Source: a bacterium (GTDB taxonomy: Bacteria; Zhuqueibacterota; QNDG01; DTFT01). Taken from it: 64,000 nt of DNA. Below the pieces are notes generated by a model, which saw nothing but the letters and a program-made list of their open reading frames with translations, did no database searches and had not been told where the DNA came from. Position 1 is the first letter of the stretch. Each line of letters begins with the position of its first letter. The stretch is from the NCBI GenBank assembly GCA_016933415.1, contig JAFGAX010000024.1, forward strand, positions 6,861 to 70,860, in the 5' to 3' direction. The translations under genes were made by a program, and so were the position numbers. This document shows, one piece after another, positions 56,245 through 64,000 of the stretch.

Positions 56245-57507
56245 ATGAATAAAAAGACCGTCAAAGACATCGACCTGAAGGGCAAGCGCGTGCTGATGCG
56301 CGTGGACTTCAACGTGCCCATGAAGGAAGGCGCGGTGCAGGACGACACCCGCATACAGGCCGCCCTGCCGACCATCCGTTACGTCCTGGCCCAGGGCGCG
56401 AAGAGCCTGGTCCTCATGTCGCACCTGGGCGATCCGAAAAAGGACACCCAGAAGGCGAAGGACAAGGCGGAGAAGGACGGCAAGCCCTTTGACGAGAAGA
56501 AATATATCGAAGGCAAGCATAAGATGGCGCCCGTGGCCGGCCATCTGGCCAAACTGCTCGGCCGCGAAGTGAAGCTCTCGCCCGACTGCACGGGCGCAGA
56601 GACCGCGGCCATGGCCGCGGCCCTGCCGGTCGGCGGCGTGCTGATGCTCGAGAACACCCGCTTCCACAAGGAAGAAACCTCCAAGGACGCGGCCGAGCGG
56701 GAGAAAATGGCCAAAGTCCTGGCGGCCTACGGAGACGTGTACGTGAACGACGCGTTCGGCACGGCTCACCGTCCGCACGCGTCCACGGAGACCGTTGCCC
56801 GGTTTCTTCCGGCAGTGGCCGGCTTCCTGATGGAAAAAGAACTCGAATTCCTCGAGGATAAGATCGTCAACAACCCGGCCAAGCCTTTTGTCGCCGTGAT
56901 CGGAGGCGCCAAGGTGTCCTCGAAGATCGCCGTGCTGGAAAGCCTGCTCGGAAAGGTCGACACGCTGATCATCGGCGGCGGCATGGCTTATACTTTTCTC
57001 AAAGCCCAGGGTGTCGCTGTCGGAAAGTCCCTCGTTGAGGACGATATGATCGACACCGCCAAATCCGTCCTGAACAAGGCGGCTGAGAAGAAGGTCGCGC
57101 TGCTGCTGCCCGTGGACCACGTGGCCACGCAGGAGTTCTCGGCCGAAGCCGCCTCCAAAGTCGTTTCCGGACAGGCGCTGGAGGACGGATGGATGGGCAT
57201 GGACATCGGGCCTCAAAGCGTTGAAAAATTCAAGACCGCACTGAATGGCGCGAAGACCGTGTTCTGGAACGGGCCCATGGGCGTATTCGAATTCCCGAAG
57301 TTCGCAGAGGGCACCAATGCCATTGCCAGAACCCTGGCCGGCCTCGAAGGGGCGGTTACCGTGATTGGCGGCGGCGATTCGGTCTCGGCCGTCAAGAAGG
57401 CCGGGCTGGCGGACCGGATGTCGCACATCTCAACGGGCGGCGGCGCGTCGCTCGAACTGGTTGAAGGCAAGACGCTGCCCGGCGTGGCTGCGCTGGCCGA
57501 TAAATAA
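56245..57507 (+). CDS. pgk: Phosphoglycerate kinase
   Basis: Carries [21 protein letters not shown] and GGGDSVSAV. An insertion of about 20 aa follows the SHLG.P motif. Confidence 0.95.
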   Translation: MNKKTVKDIDLKGKRVLMRVDFNVPMKEGAVQDDTRIQAALPTIRYVLAQGAKSLVLMSHLGDPKKDTQKAKDKAEKDGKPFDEKKYIEGKHKMAPVAGHLAKLLGREVKLSPDCTGAETAAMAAALPVGGVLMLENTRFHKEETSKDAAEREKMAKVLAAYGDVYVNDAFGTAHRPHASTETVARFLPAVAGFLMEKELEFLEDKIVNNPAKPFVAVIGGAKVSSKIAVLESLLGKVDTLIIGGGMAYTFLKAQGVAVGKSLVEDDMIDTAKSVLNKAAEKKVALLLPVDHVATQEFSAEAASKVVSGQALEDGWMGMDIGPQSVEKFKTALNGAKTVFWNGPMGVFEFPKFAEGTNAIARTLAGLEGAVTVIGGGDSVSAVKKAGLADRMSHISTGGGASLELVEGKTLPGVAALADK

Positions 57508-57514
57508 GGATTCG

Positions 57515-58279
57515 ATGACGATGCGCATTCCCGTGGTTGCAGGCAACTGGAAGATGTTCACCACCGCCTCCGAGGCCGTGGCCCTGGTCCGGAGCCTGAA
57601 GGCGCTGGTCCGTGACGCGGCCGGAGTGGAGATCGCCGTGTGCCCGCCCTCAGTCAATCTCATCCCGGCCGCGGAAGAGCTGAGAGACTCGGCCATACGG
57701 CTCGGCGGACAGAACATGCACTGGGAGGACGAAGGCGCGTTCACCGGTGAAGTGTCCGCGAAGATGCTGAAGGAAGCCGGCTGTCATTTCGTGATTGTCG
57801 GCCATTCGGAGCGGCGGCAGTATTTCGGTGAAACCGACGAGACCGTCAACCGCAAGGTCCGCAAGGCGTTTTCCGCGGGACTCGCACCCATCCTCTGCGT
57901 CGGCGAGACGCTCCAGGAGCGCGAGTCCGGCAGGACCGAAGCGGTCGTCAAGACCCAGCTCGAAGGCGGCCTGAAGGGGTTCATGGCGGACGAACTCAAG
58001 ACGCTCGTCGTCGCGTACGAGCCGGTCTGGGCCATCGGCACCGGAAAAACGGCGACGCCCGAGCAGGCCCAGGACGTGCACCATTTCATCCGGACCTGGT
58101 TCGAGAAGACGTTCGGACCCGCGGCGGCCGACGGGCTCCGCATCCAGTACGGCGGAAGCGTCAAGCCGGACAACGCGAAAGTGCTCATGTCCCAGCCGGA
58201 CATCGACGGCGCCCTGGTGGGCGGCGCGAGTCTGAAGGCGGACGGTTTCGCGGCCATCATCAGGGCCGCGGTTTCCTAA
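57515..58279 (+). CDS. tpiA: Triosephosphate isomerase
   Basis: Carries [24 protein letters not shown] and GGASL. The start is ATG 57515 or 57521. Confidence 0.95.
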   Translation: MTMRIPVVAGNWKMFTTASEAVALVRSLKALVRDAAGVEIAVCPPSVNLIPAAEELRDSAIRLGGQNMHWEDEGAFTGEVSAKMLKEAGCHFVIVGHSERRQYFGETDETVNRKVRKAFSAGLAPILCVGETLQERESGRTEAVVKTQLEGGLKGFMADELKTLVVAYEPVWAIGTGKTATPEQAQDVHHFIRTWFEKTFGPAAADGLRIQYGGSVKPDNAKVLMSQPDIDGALVGGASLKADGFAAIIRAAVS

Positions 58280-58298
58280 CGAGAGGGGATTCCCTTCC

Positions 58299-58646
58299 AT
58301 GATGGGTTTCATCATTGTCATTCACGTGATCGTCTGCGCCCTGATGATCGTGAGCATTTTAATGCAGTCCAGCAAGGGCGGCGGCATGGCGGGCGTGTTC
58401 GGCGGGGGCGGCGGTGTCGGCGGCGTGTTCGGCGGCCGGGGCGCGGCGTCCTTTCTGTCGAAAGTGACCATGTGGCTGGGCGTGGTGTTCGCGCTCACCA
58501 CCGTGTCCATCGCCCTGCTTTCCCTCCGGACTGTCCAGGCGCCGAAGAGCATGCTCGAAGAGGTTGTCGAAAAGGAAAAAACAGCCTCCCCTGCGGGCAT
58601 GCTCCCGACGGTCCCGCAGTCCGAACCGGCCCAGCCGGAAAAGTAG
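58299..58646 (+). CDS. secG: Preprotein translocase subunit SecG
   Basis: Two TM helices with LMQSSKGGG and a Gly-rich loop, in the usual position after tpiA. Confidence 0.9.
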   Translation: MMGFIIVIHVIVCALMIVSILMQSSKGGGMAGVFGGGGGVGGVFGGRGAASFLSKVTMWLGVVFALTTVSIALLSLRTVQAPKSMLEEVVEKEKTASPAGMLPTVPQSEPAQPEK

Positions 58647-58686
58647 TGCTTCGGGGCCTTTCCCCGACCGGCCCCGGTTCCTGAAC

Positions 58687-58770
58687 GCCGAAGTGGTGGA
58701 ATTGGCAGACACGCTATCTTGAGGGGGTAGTGTCCGAGAGGACGTGTGGGTTCGACTCCCACCTTCGGCA
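58687..58770 (+). tRNA. tRNA-Leu (GAG)
   Basis: Acceptor GCCGAAG/CTTCGGC, anticodon loop CTTGAGG, long variable arm TGTCCGAGAGGACGT, T arm GTGGG-TTCGACT-CCCAC, discriminator A. Confidence 0.92.
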
Positions 58771-58815
58771 CCCTCGTTCTTCACCGGGCCGGCTGAAAAG
58801 CCGCCCCGCAGCATC

Positions 58816-58841
58816 ACCCATCGTTTCCCGATGGGTTTTTC
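58816..58841 (+). terminator. Intrinsic terminator after tRNA-Leu
   Basis: Stem ACCCATCG (58816-58823) / CGATGGGT (58829-58836) followed by TTTT. Confidence 0.7.
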
Positions 58842-58866
58842 ATTTCAGAATGGGACGGGTTTCCGC

Positions 58867-59604
58867 ATGCGGATGAACGCGTTTCAATCCCTGATTCTTT
58901 CCCTTCTTTTTATTCCGGCCGTTCTGAACGGCCAGAGCCGCTGTCTCGTCATCGTCGAGGAAGTGAAGACGCCTCCGATGTTCGGTTTTCCAGCGAAGAC
59001 GCGCAAGGCGACGACCTGGCTGAAGAACGGCGATCTGCGGCGCGACGAGGGAGAGCGGAGCCGCACGCTGCTGGCCCTGTCGTCGGGAGAAGCCTGGCTC
59101 GTGAATCACAGGGACAGCACGGTCGTGCCGCTTTCCGAGGCCACGCTCCAGGGTCTTTCGATGTTCGGCGTCGGCCTTTTCGGTCTTCCGGTCGACGCGG
59201 TCACGGGCAGGCCGTCCGTCCCGGACAAGCTGTTTCGGAAAACCGGCCGCGTCCAGGCCATCGGAGGCCGCAAAGCCGAGGAAGTCGAAGTCCGGATCCC
59301 GGCTCCGGCGGGAACGGTGAATCCGCCGCAAGCCCCGGTTCTGTGGATCGGAACGGACGGCACGCCCCGCATGACCGAGTATCTGGCTGTGCTCAAACGC
59401 CTGCTTGGATCGGCCGCGGCCGACTACGAGCCCCTGTTTGAACAATTGCAGAGACTGAAGGGGTATCCCCTCCGCATTCAGGCCGCGGTGCTCGGTCAGG
59501 AACTCACCCAGACGCTGCTGTCCGCGGATTCCGCACGCGCGGACGCTTCCGTGTTCCGCCTGCCGGACGGATACCGGCGCGGATCCACGAAAGCCGTCCC
59601 CTGA
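58867..59604 (+). CDS. Hypothetical secreted protein (possibly DUF4412/LolA-like)
   Basis: ATG at 58867 gives the signal peptide MRMNAFQSLILSLLFIPAVLNGQS. The track ORF start at 58744 lies inside tRNA-Leu. No motif recognised with confidence. Confidence 0.6.
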   Translation: MRMNAFQSLILSLLFIPAVLNGQSRCLVIVEEVKTPPMFGFPAKTRKATTWLKNGDLRRDEGERSRTLLALSSGEAWLVNHRDSTVVPLSEATLQGLSMFGVGLFGLPVDAVTGRPSVPDKLFRKTGRVQAIGGRKAEEVEVRIPAPAGTVNPPQAPVLWIGTDGTPRMTEYLAVLKRLLGSAAADYEPLFEQLQRLKGYPLRIQAAVLGQELTQTLLSADSARADASVFRLPDGYRRGSTKAVP

Positions 59605-59689
59605 AAATTGCCGCGCCGCGGAGGGATCCCGAAAAAAAACCCTGCGGCCGCGGTCCGGCATTTTCCTCAACTCCCGACGGAGGATGCGA

Positions 59690-61375
59690 ATGGAAATTCA
59701 ACCCTGGAACGGTCAGATGGATCCCGAAGTTCCCCGTTCCATCGACTACCCGAAGATCAGCATGTACGAGATGCTGGCGCAGGCCGCGGAACGGAATCCG
59801 AACGGCATTGCCACTTTGTTCTTCGGTGCGAAAATCCGGTACTCCGAACTCCTGCGCATGGTGGACCGTTTCGCGGACAGTCTCGCGGAGCTGGGCGTCC
59901 GGAAGGGAGACCGGGTCGCGATCATCCTGCCCAATATTCCCGCGTATCCGATCGCTCATTTCGCGGCACTCAAACTCGGCGCGGTTCTCGTGCCGACCAA
60001 TCCGTTGTACGTGGAGCGCGAACTGGCCCATCAGCTCTCGAATGCGGGCGCGGAAACCGCCATCGTGTACGACAAACTGCTTCCGAAGCTCGAGGCCATC
60101 CGGAGCCAGACTTCCGTGAAGCGGGTGATTGTCGCGGGGCTCCGGGAATTTCTCCCGCCTGTGCTGGGACTGCTGTTCGGCCTGAAGGACAAGTCCACGC
60201 TGCGCCTTGACGGATCGAAGGGCCAGGTTTCCTTCCGGGCGATGCTCGAGGGGAATGCGCCGTCCGCGCCGTCCGTCACCGTATCGCCGGAGGACACCGC
60301 CATCCTGCTGTACACGGGCGGAACCACGGGTGTATCGAAGGGGGCCGTTTTGACCCATCGGAACATCCTCGTCAACGTGTATCAGACGCGGCACTGGCTG
60401 TGGAAAACCGGGGACAAGCAGGAGGTCCTGCTCTGCGTCCTGCCGTTCTTCCACAGTTACGGAATGACCACGGGTCTGCATCTGTCGGTCGTGCTGGCCT
60501 CCACCATGCTGCTCCTGCCGCGGTTCGACCTGAACGACGTGGTGAAGCGCATACGCAAACACAAGCCCACCGTGTTCTGCGGCGTGCCGTCCATGTACAA
60601 CGCGGTCAACAACCATCCCAAGGCCACGCCGGAAAACGTCGGTTCGATCCGGTTCTGCCTCAGCGGAGGATCGGGCCTTCCCATGGAGGTGCAGAAGGCG
60701 TTCGAGGCCCTCACCGGCGCATCGCTGGTGGAAGGCTTCGGCCTCTCGGAAGCCTCGCCCGTCACCCACGTGAACCCCATCGTCGGCAAACGGAAAATCG
60801 GAACCATCGGGCTTCCGGTATCGGACACGGATTCCATGATCGTGGATCCGGAAACGCGGAAGCCGCTCGCGGCCGGGCAGGAAGGCGAACTCGCGGTCAA
60901 GGGCCCCCAGGTGATGAAGGGCTACTGGAATATGCCGGATGAAACCGCCGCGGTGCTTCAGGACGGATGGCTCTACACAGGTGACATCGCGGTGATGGAC
61001 GAGGAGGGTTTCTTCCGCATCGTGGACCGGAAAAAGGATCTCATCATCAGCGCGGGCATGAACGTGTACCCGCGCGAGGTTGAGGAAGTGCTGTACCAGC
61101 ACCCGAAGGTCTCCGAGGCGGCGGTTGTGGGCATTCCCAGCGCGGTTCGCGACGAGGTCGTCAAGGCTTTCATCGTAGCCAAACCCGGTCAGACCTTGAC
61201 GCGGGGCGAACTGCTGCAGTTCTGCAGGGACAAGCTGGCGAAGTTCAAGGTGCCGAAAGAAATCGAGCTGAGGGACAGCCTGCCCAAGAGCGCGGCGGGC
61301 AAGATTCTGAAGCGGGTGCTCAGGGACGAGGAATTGAACAAGCGGCCGTCGAAGGAGAAAAAGCCGGAAGAATAG
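59690..61375 (+). CDS. fadD: Long-chain fatty acid-CoA ligase (AMP-binding family)
   Basis: Carries LLYTGGTTGVSKGAVLTHRN, GFGLSE and TGDIAVMDEEGFFRIVDRKKD. GGAGG lies 6 nt before ATG 59690. An in-frame ATG at 59684 is also possible. Confidence 0.9.
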   Translation: MEIQPWNGQMDPEVPRSIDYPKISMYEMLAQAAERNPNGIATLFFGAKIRYSELLRMVDRFADSLAELGVRKGDRVAIILPNIPAYPIAHFAALKLGAVLVPTNPLYVERELAHQLSNAGAETAIVYDKLLPKLEAIRSQTSVKRVIVAGLREFLPPVLGLLFGLKDKSTLRLDGSKGQVSFRAMLEGNAPSAPSVTVSPEDTAILLYTGGTTGVSKGAVLTHRNILVNVYQTRHWLWKTGDKQEVLLCVLPFFHSYGMTTGLHLSVVLASTMLLLPRFDLNDVVKRIRKHKPTVFCGVPSMYNAVNNHPKATPENVGSIRFCLSGGSGLPMEVQKAFEALTGASLVEGFGLSEASPVTHVNPIVGKRKIGTIGLPVSDTDSMIVDPETRKPLAAGQEGELAVKGPQVMKGYWNMPDETAAVLQDGWLYTGDIAVMDEEGFFRIVDRKKDLIISAGMNVYPREVEEVLYQHPKVSEAAVVGIPSAVRDEVVKAFIVAKPGQTLTRGELLQFCRDKLAKFKVPKEIELRDSLPKSAAGKILKRVLRDEELNKRPSKEKKPEE

Positions 61376-61399
61376 AGGGGATTCCTTTTTTCCGGGATG

Positions 61400-63697
61400 T
61401 CATTCCCCGCGGCGGCCGGCCCGGACCGCGGCCGCTGCGAAGAGGTTCAGCCCTGCGATTCCGGCGAACGTTCCGGTTACGCCGAGCAGGGGCACGGCCA
61501 GAGAAGCGCAGACCAGGGCGCCCGTCAAAGATCCGACAAGATCGATCGCGTAAAGCGACGCGCCTGGATTTTTCAGGTTCAGTCGGCGGAGGTTCTCGGG
61601 CCGGCTGGCCAGGCCGAAAACCCGGCCGCAGGCGAAACCCGCGGCCGCATTCAGAAGCGCGAAGGACGGAAGGCCGATTCCCGGATGCGAAACGGCCGCC
61701 ATGGCAGGCAAAGCGAATGCGGAGGCGGCCGAGATTGCGGCCGTCAGGAGCAGGGCTGAATCCGGATTCGGGCTCTTGGTGTCCGGAATTTTAACGGGTC
61801 GAATGCGCGCCGAAGAACCGGCGCCCAGGCCGAGCCCGGCCATGAATCCGGCCACGATCAGGGCCATGTCGCGGGCCAGCACGCCGAACAGGGTCTGATA
61901 GGCGAACAGGGCGGTCAGCTCCAGAGAGAGTCCTGAGCAACCGGCCGTCCACACGGCGAGAAAAACAGCGGGTCCGCTCCAGTTTTTTATCCGGAAAAGA
62001 AGGATGGCAGCGGCCGCAAGGATCAGGCATGCGGCCAGCGCGGGTTTGGCCGGAATGCCGGACAGGCCTTTCAGGCCGCCGCGCAAGGCCGGGGCGTAGC
62101 GTCCGGACCAGAGAATGAGACTCCGCCAGAAGGCCAGAGGGCGGAAATCCCGGTTCCATTCCTCAGGCGGCAATTCACGGATCCGGCTGTTCAGAAATGC
62201 GCGCCTGCTCTCAGACCACTGTGCATCCATGAAATAGGGCCGCATGTAGCGCAGATCGGACTCGAGACCGCGTTCGTGAATGCGGTCCTCCAGGACGGAA
62301 GGATCGCCGGTCGGATAGACGGTGTCCGTAGACGCGATGAACCTGCACCGGTCGCCCGGAAGCGTCACGACTTTCGGGAAAGCCGCGGACAGCCCGGATT
62401 TCGCGGCGCTGAGAATGTCCGACAGTTCTTCGCCGATCATGTTCTCCGAGGAGGGGAGGGAAAAGGAAAACACGCCTCCGGGATTCAGCCGGCCGGCCGC
62501 CAGGCGGAAGAATTCCACGGAATAGAACCGGTTCAGCTGTACGGTGACCGGCTCAGGCAGGTTCATGAGAATCGCGTCGAATCGCAGATCCGTACGGGAT
62601 AGAAAACGGCGGCCGTCGTCCAGGTGAAAGGTCACGGCCGGATCGTTGAAAACGGAACGGGCCGCATCCGGCAGGAAGGAACGGGCCGCTTCGAGCACGG
62701 CCGGGTCCAGTTCCACCGCGTGCACCTCCCTGACCGACGGATGCTTGAGACATTCCTGTATGGATCCCCCGGGTCCGGTTCCGATGATCAGCACGGAACG
62801 CGGGGCCGGGTTCTGGAGAAGGGCGGGATGGCTGGACTCCTCTGCCGTGAGTTCGTCCGGCGACGTGAACAGGGGGACCCCGTTTTCATAGAAGGTGATT
62901 TGCGATTCCAGGCGGGCCGTTGACACGATGCCATAAGCCGTGGATTTCGATTCCAGGAGCGTTCCGATCTTCCACAGGGACCTGTCCATACGACGCTGAA
63001 TGAGGTTTGCGGGGAATGCCAGAAGAAGGGCGGCCGCGATCGTGAGTATCGGCATCCAGGCAGTCCGGTGGAGTGCGGTCTTACGGGGAGCGGCCGGATT
63101 GAGTAAGAAAAAAGAGAATCCAGCCGTGAGTGCCGCGAGAACCACGGCGGATGTGAACAGGGGAAGAATCCGAAACAGGACCAGCGAGCAGACCGCGCCT
63201 GCGGCGGCGGAACCGGCTGATTCGAAAGCATAGAGGCCCGGGGCGTTCATCTTCTCGGCGTCTTTTACGGCCGGTCCGGTTTCACAGAGCCTGGCGTAAA
63301 TGAAACCGGATAACATCCCGAAAGGCGCGAAAACCGCGAAACCCGCAAGCAGAACCGGAAACAGACCCGGCGTTTCTCCGGGTGTCCGGTTGAGCAGAAA
63401 TGGAAGGATCCGGATGGCCAGGTCCGTGGCCGGGATCAGGGCGGCGAGGCTGAAGAATTGATGATGGAGGAATTGCGTCCCCCCGGCTCCCTGCAGCCGG
63501 GTCGGAATTTTACGCGGAAGTACCGCGCCGGTCGCGGTCCAGAACAGCCACACCGCGAACAGGCCGCCGAGCGTGAGTTCGTTCCCGTGAAACGCGGCCA
63601 GGCTTTCGCGGAAGAACAGCATCTGACCGGACAGGGCCGCGAAACCGAGAACCGCCGCCGCTCCCATCCGGCGGTGAATCAAGCTCCCATGACGCAT
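61400..63697 (-). CDS. Polytopic membrane protein with a central spermidine-synthase-like (SAM MTase fold) domain
   Basis: Central VLIIGTGPGGSIQE..VHAVELDP..DAILMNLPEP motifs, with about 7 TM segments on each side. The start is taken at the internal ATG 63697 (MRHGS..) because the longer ORF would run across the cysS start. Confidence 0.75.
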   Translation of the reverse strand: MRHGSLIHRRMGAAAVLGFAALSGQMLFFRESLAAFHGNELTLGGLFAVWLFWTATGAVLPRKIPTRLQGAGGTQFLHHQFFSLAALIPATDLAIRILPFLLNRTPGETPGLFPVLLAGFAVFAPFGMLSGFIYARLCETGPAVKDAEKMNAPGLYAFESAGSAAAGAVCSLVLFRILPLFTSAVVLAALTAGFSFFLLNPAAPRKTALHRTAWMPILTIAAALLLAFPANLIQRRMDRSLWKIGTLLESKSTAYGIVSTARLESQITFYENGVPLFTSPDELTAEESSHPALLQNPAPRSVLIIGTGPGGSIQECLKHPSVREVHAVELDPAVLEAARSFLPDAARSVFNDPAVTFHLDDGRRFLSRTDLRFDAILMNLPEPVTVQLNRFYSVEFFRLAAGRLNPGGVFSFSLPSSENMIGEELSDILSAAKSGLSAAFPKVVTLPGDRCRFIASTDTVYPTGDPSVLEDRIHERGLESDLRYMRPYFMDAQWSESRRAFLNSRIRELPPEEWNRDFRPLAFWRSLILWSGRYAPALRGGLKGLSGIPAKPALAACLILAAAAILLFRIKNWSGPAVFLAVWTAGCSGLSLELTALFAYQTLFGVLARDMALIVAGFMAGLGLGAGSSARIRPVKIPDTKSPNPDSALLLTAAISAASAFALPAMAAVSHPGIGLPSFALLNAAAGFACGRVFGLASRPENLRRLNLKNPGASLYAIDLVGSLTGALVCASLAVPLLGVTGTFAGIAGLNLFAAAAVRAGRRGE

Positions 63698-63768
63698 GAT
63701 GGGATCAACATACCCAAACAAGGCCGGAAAATCAAGCGGATTCCGGGCCGCTGAAAGGATAACCGCGC

Positions 63769-64000
63769 ATGCTGAGCGTGTACAACACTTTGACCCGAAA
63801 ACAGGAACCCTTCGAGCCCATTCATCCGCCTTTCGTGGGCATGTACGTTTGCGGCCCGACGGTGTATGACGAGCCACACCTGGGCCACGGCAAGAGTTAC
63901 GTGTCCTTTGACGTGGTGGTCCGGTTTCTGCGCGCCTCCGGGTACAAGGTCCGGTACGTGCAGAACATCACGGACGTCGGCCACCTGCTCGGAGACGAAC
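63769..64000 (+). CDS. cysS: Cysteinyl-tRNA synthetase, 5' fragment (runs off the window)
   Basis: [17 protein letters not shown]...[17 protein letters not shown] contains the HIGH motif. It is not in the track because no stop falls inside the window. Confidence 0.9.
   Translation, partial: MLSVYNTLTRKQEPFEPIHPPFVGMYVCGPTVYDEPHLGHGKSYVSFDVVVRFLRASGYKVRYVQNITDVGHLLGDE

Noticed and set aside
63698-63877. First 60 codons of the 825-aa - strand ORF
   Set aside because: They would overlap the cysS start (63769) and its upstream region. The translation ([16 protein letters not shown]..) is not membrane-like, whereas the ATG at 63697 gives a sensible start for the TM domain.

Overview
GC-rich bacterial chromosome segment made up mostly of housekeeping genes, plus one ~18-kb Wzx/Wzy-type surface-polysaccharide locus (23119-41059). 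About 50 consecutive genes from 427 to 61375 are on the + strand, many joined by 4-nt ATGA/GTGA stop-start overlaps. The only - strand gene is a membrane-embedded spermidine-synthase-like gene (61400-63697). Recognisable genes are rpsU, cvpA, mutS2, dnaG, rnhA, recJ, ilvE, nusB, secA, topA, xerC, hpf, hprK, serS, thyX, gatB, pruA, a PPi-type phosphofructokinase, gap-pgk-tpiA-secG, fadD and the 5' end of cysS. RNA genes are tRNA-Met(CAU), tRNA-Leu(GAG) and a type-A RNase P RNA wedged between rnhA and recJ. I saw no rRNA, CRISPR array, transposase, phage genes or recognisable defence system. The long - strand ORFs in the track are GC-driven shadows of + strand genes. I did not find a clear-cut novel multi-gene system. 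The best follow-up candidates are: (1) an unlisted 30-codon Cys/Lys-rich ORF with its own AGGAGG and terminator (51463-51555); (2) the uncharacterised, translationally coupled lipoprotein + beta-barrel pair just upstream of it (48513-51376); (3) an AT-rich island bounded by a perfect 14-bp inverted repeat and carrying DnaA boxes (3491-3830); (4) a 64-bp duplication of the serS 3' end, which looks like a fossil integration site (42342-42589); (5) a family of intergenic hairpin elements built from short phased word repeats (117-326, 1534-1700, 42587-42670, 54834-54951). A long Bacteroidetes-style SecA, an LTD/FlgD-Ig surface protein and a PorV-like barrel motif hint at an FCB-group or related uncultured lineage, but this is inference only. 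All coordinates were counted by hand. Starts are judged from sequence context and may be off by a few codons.
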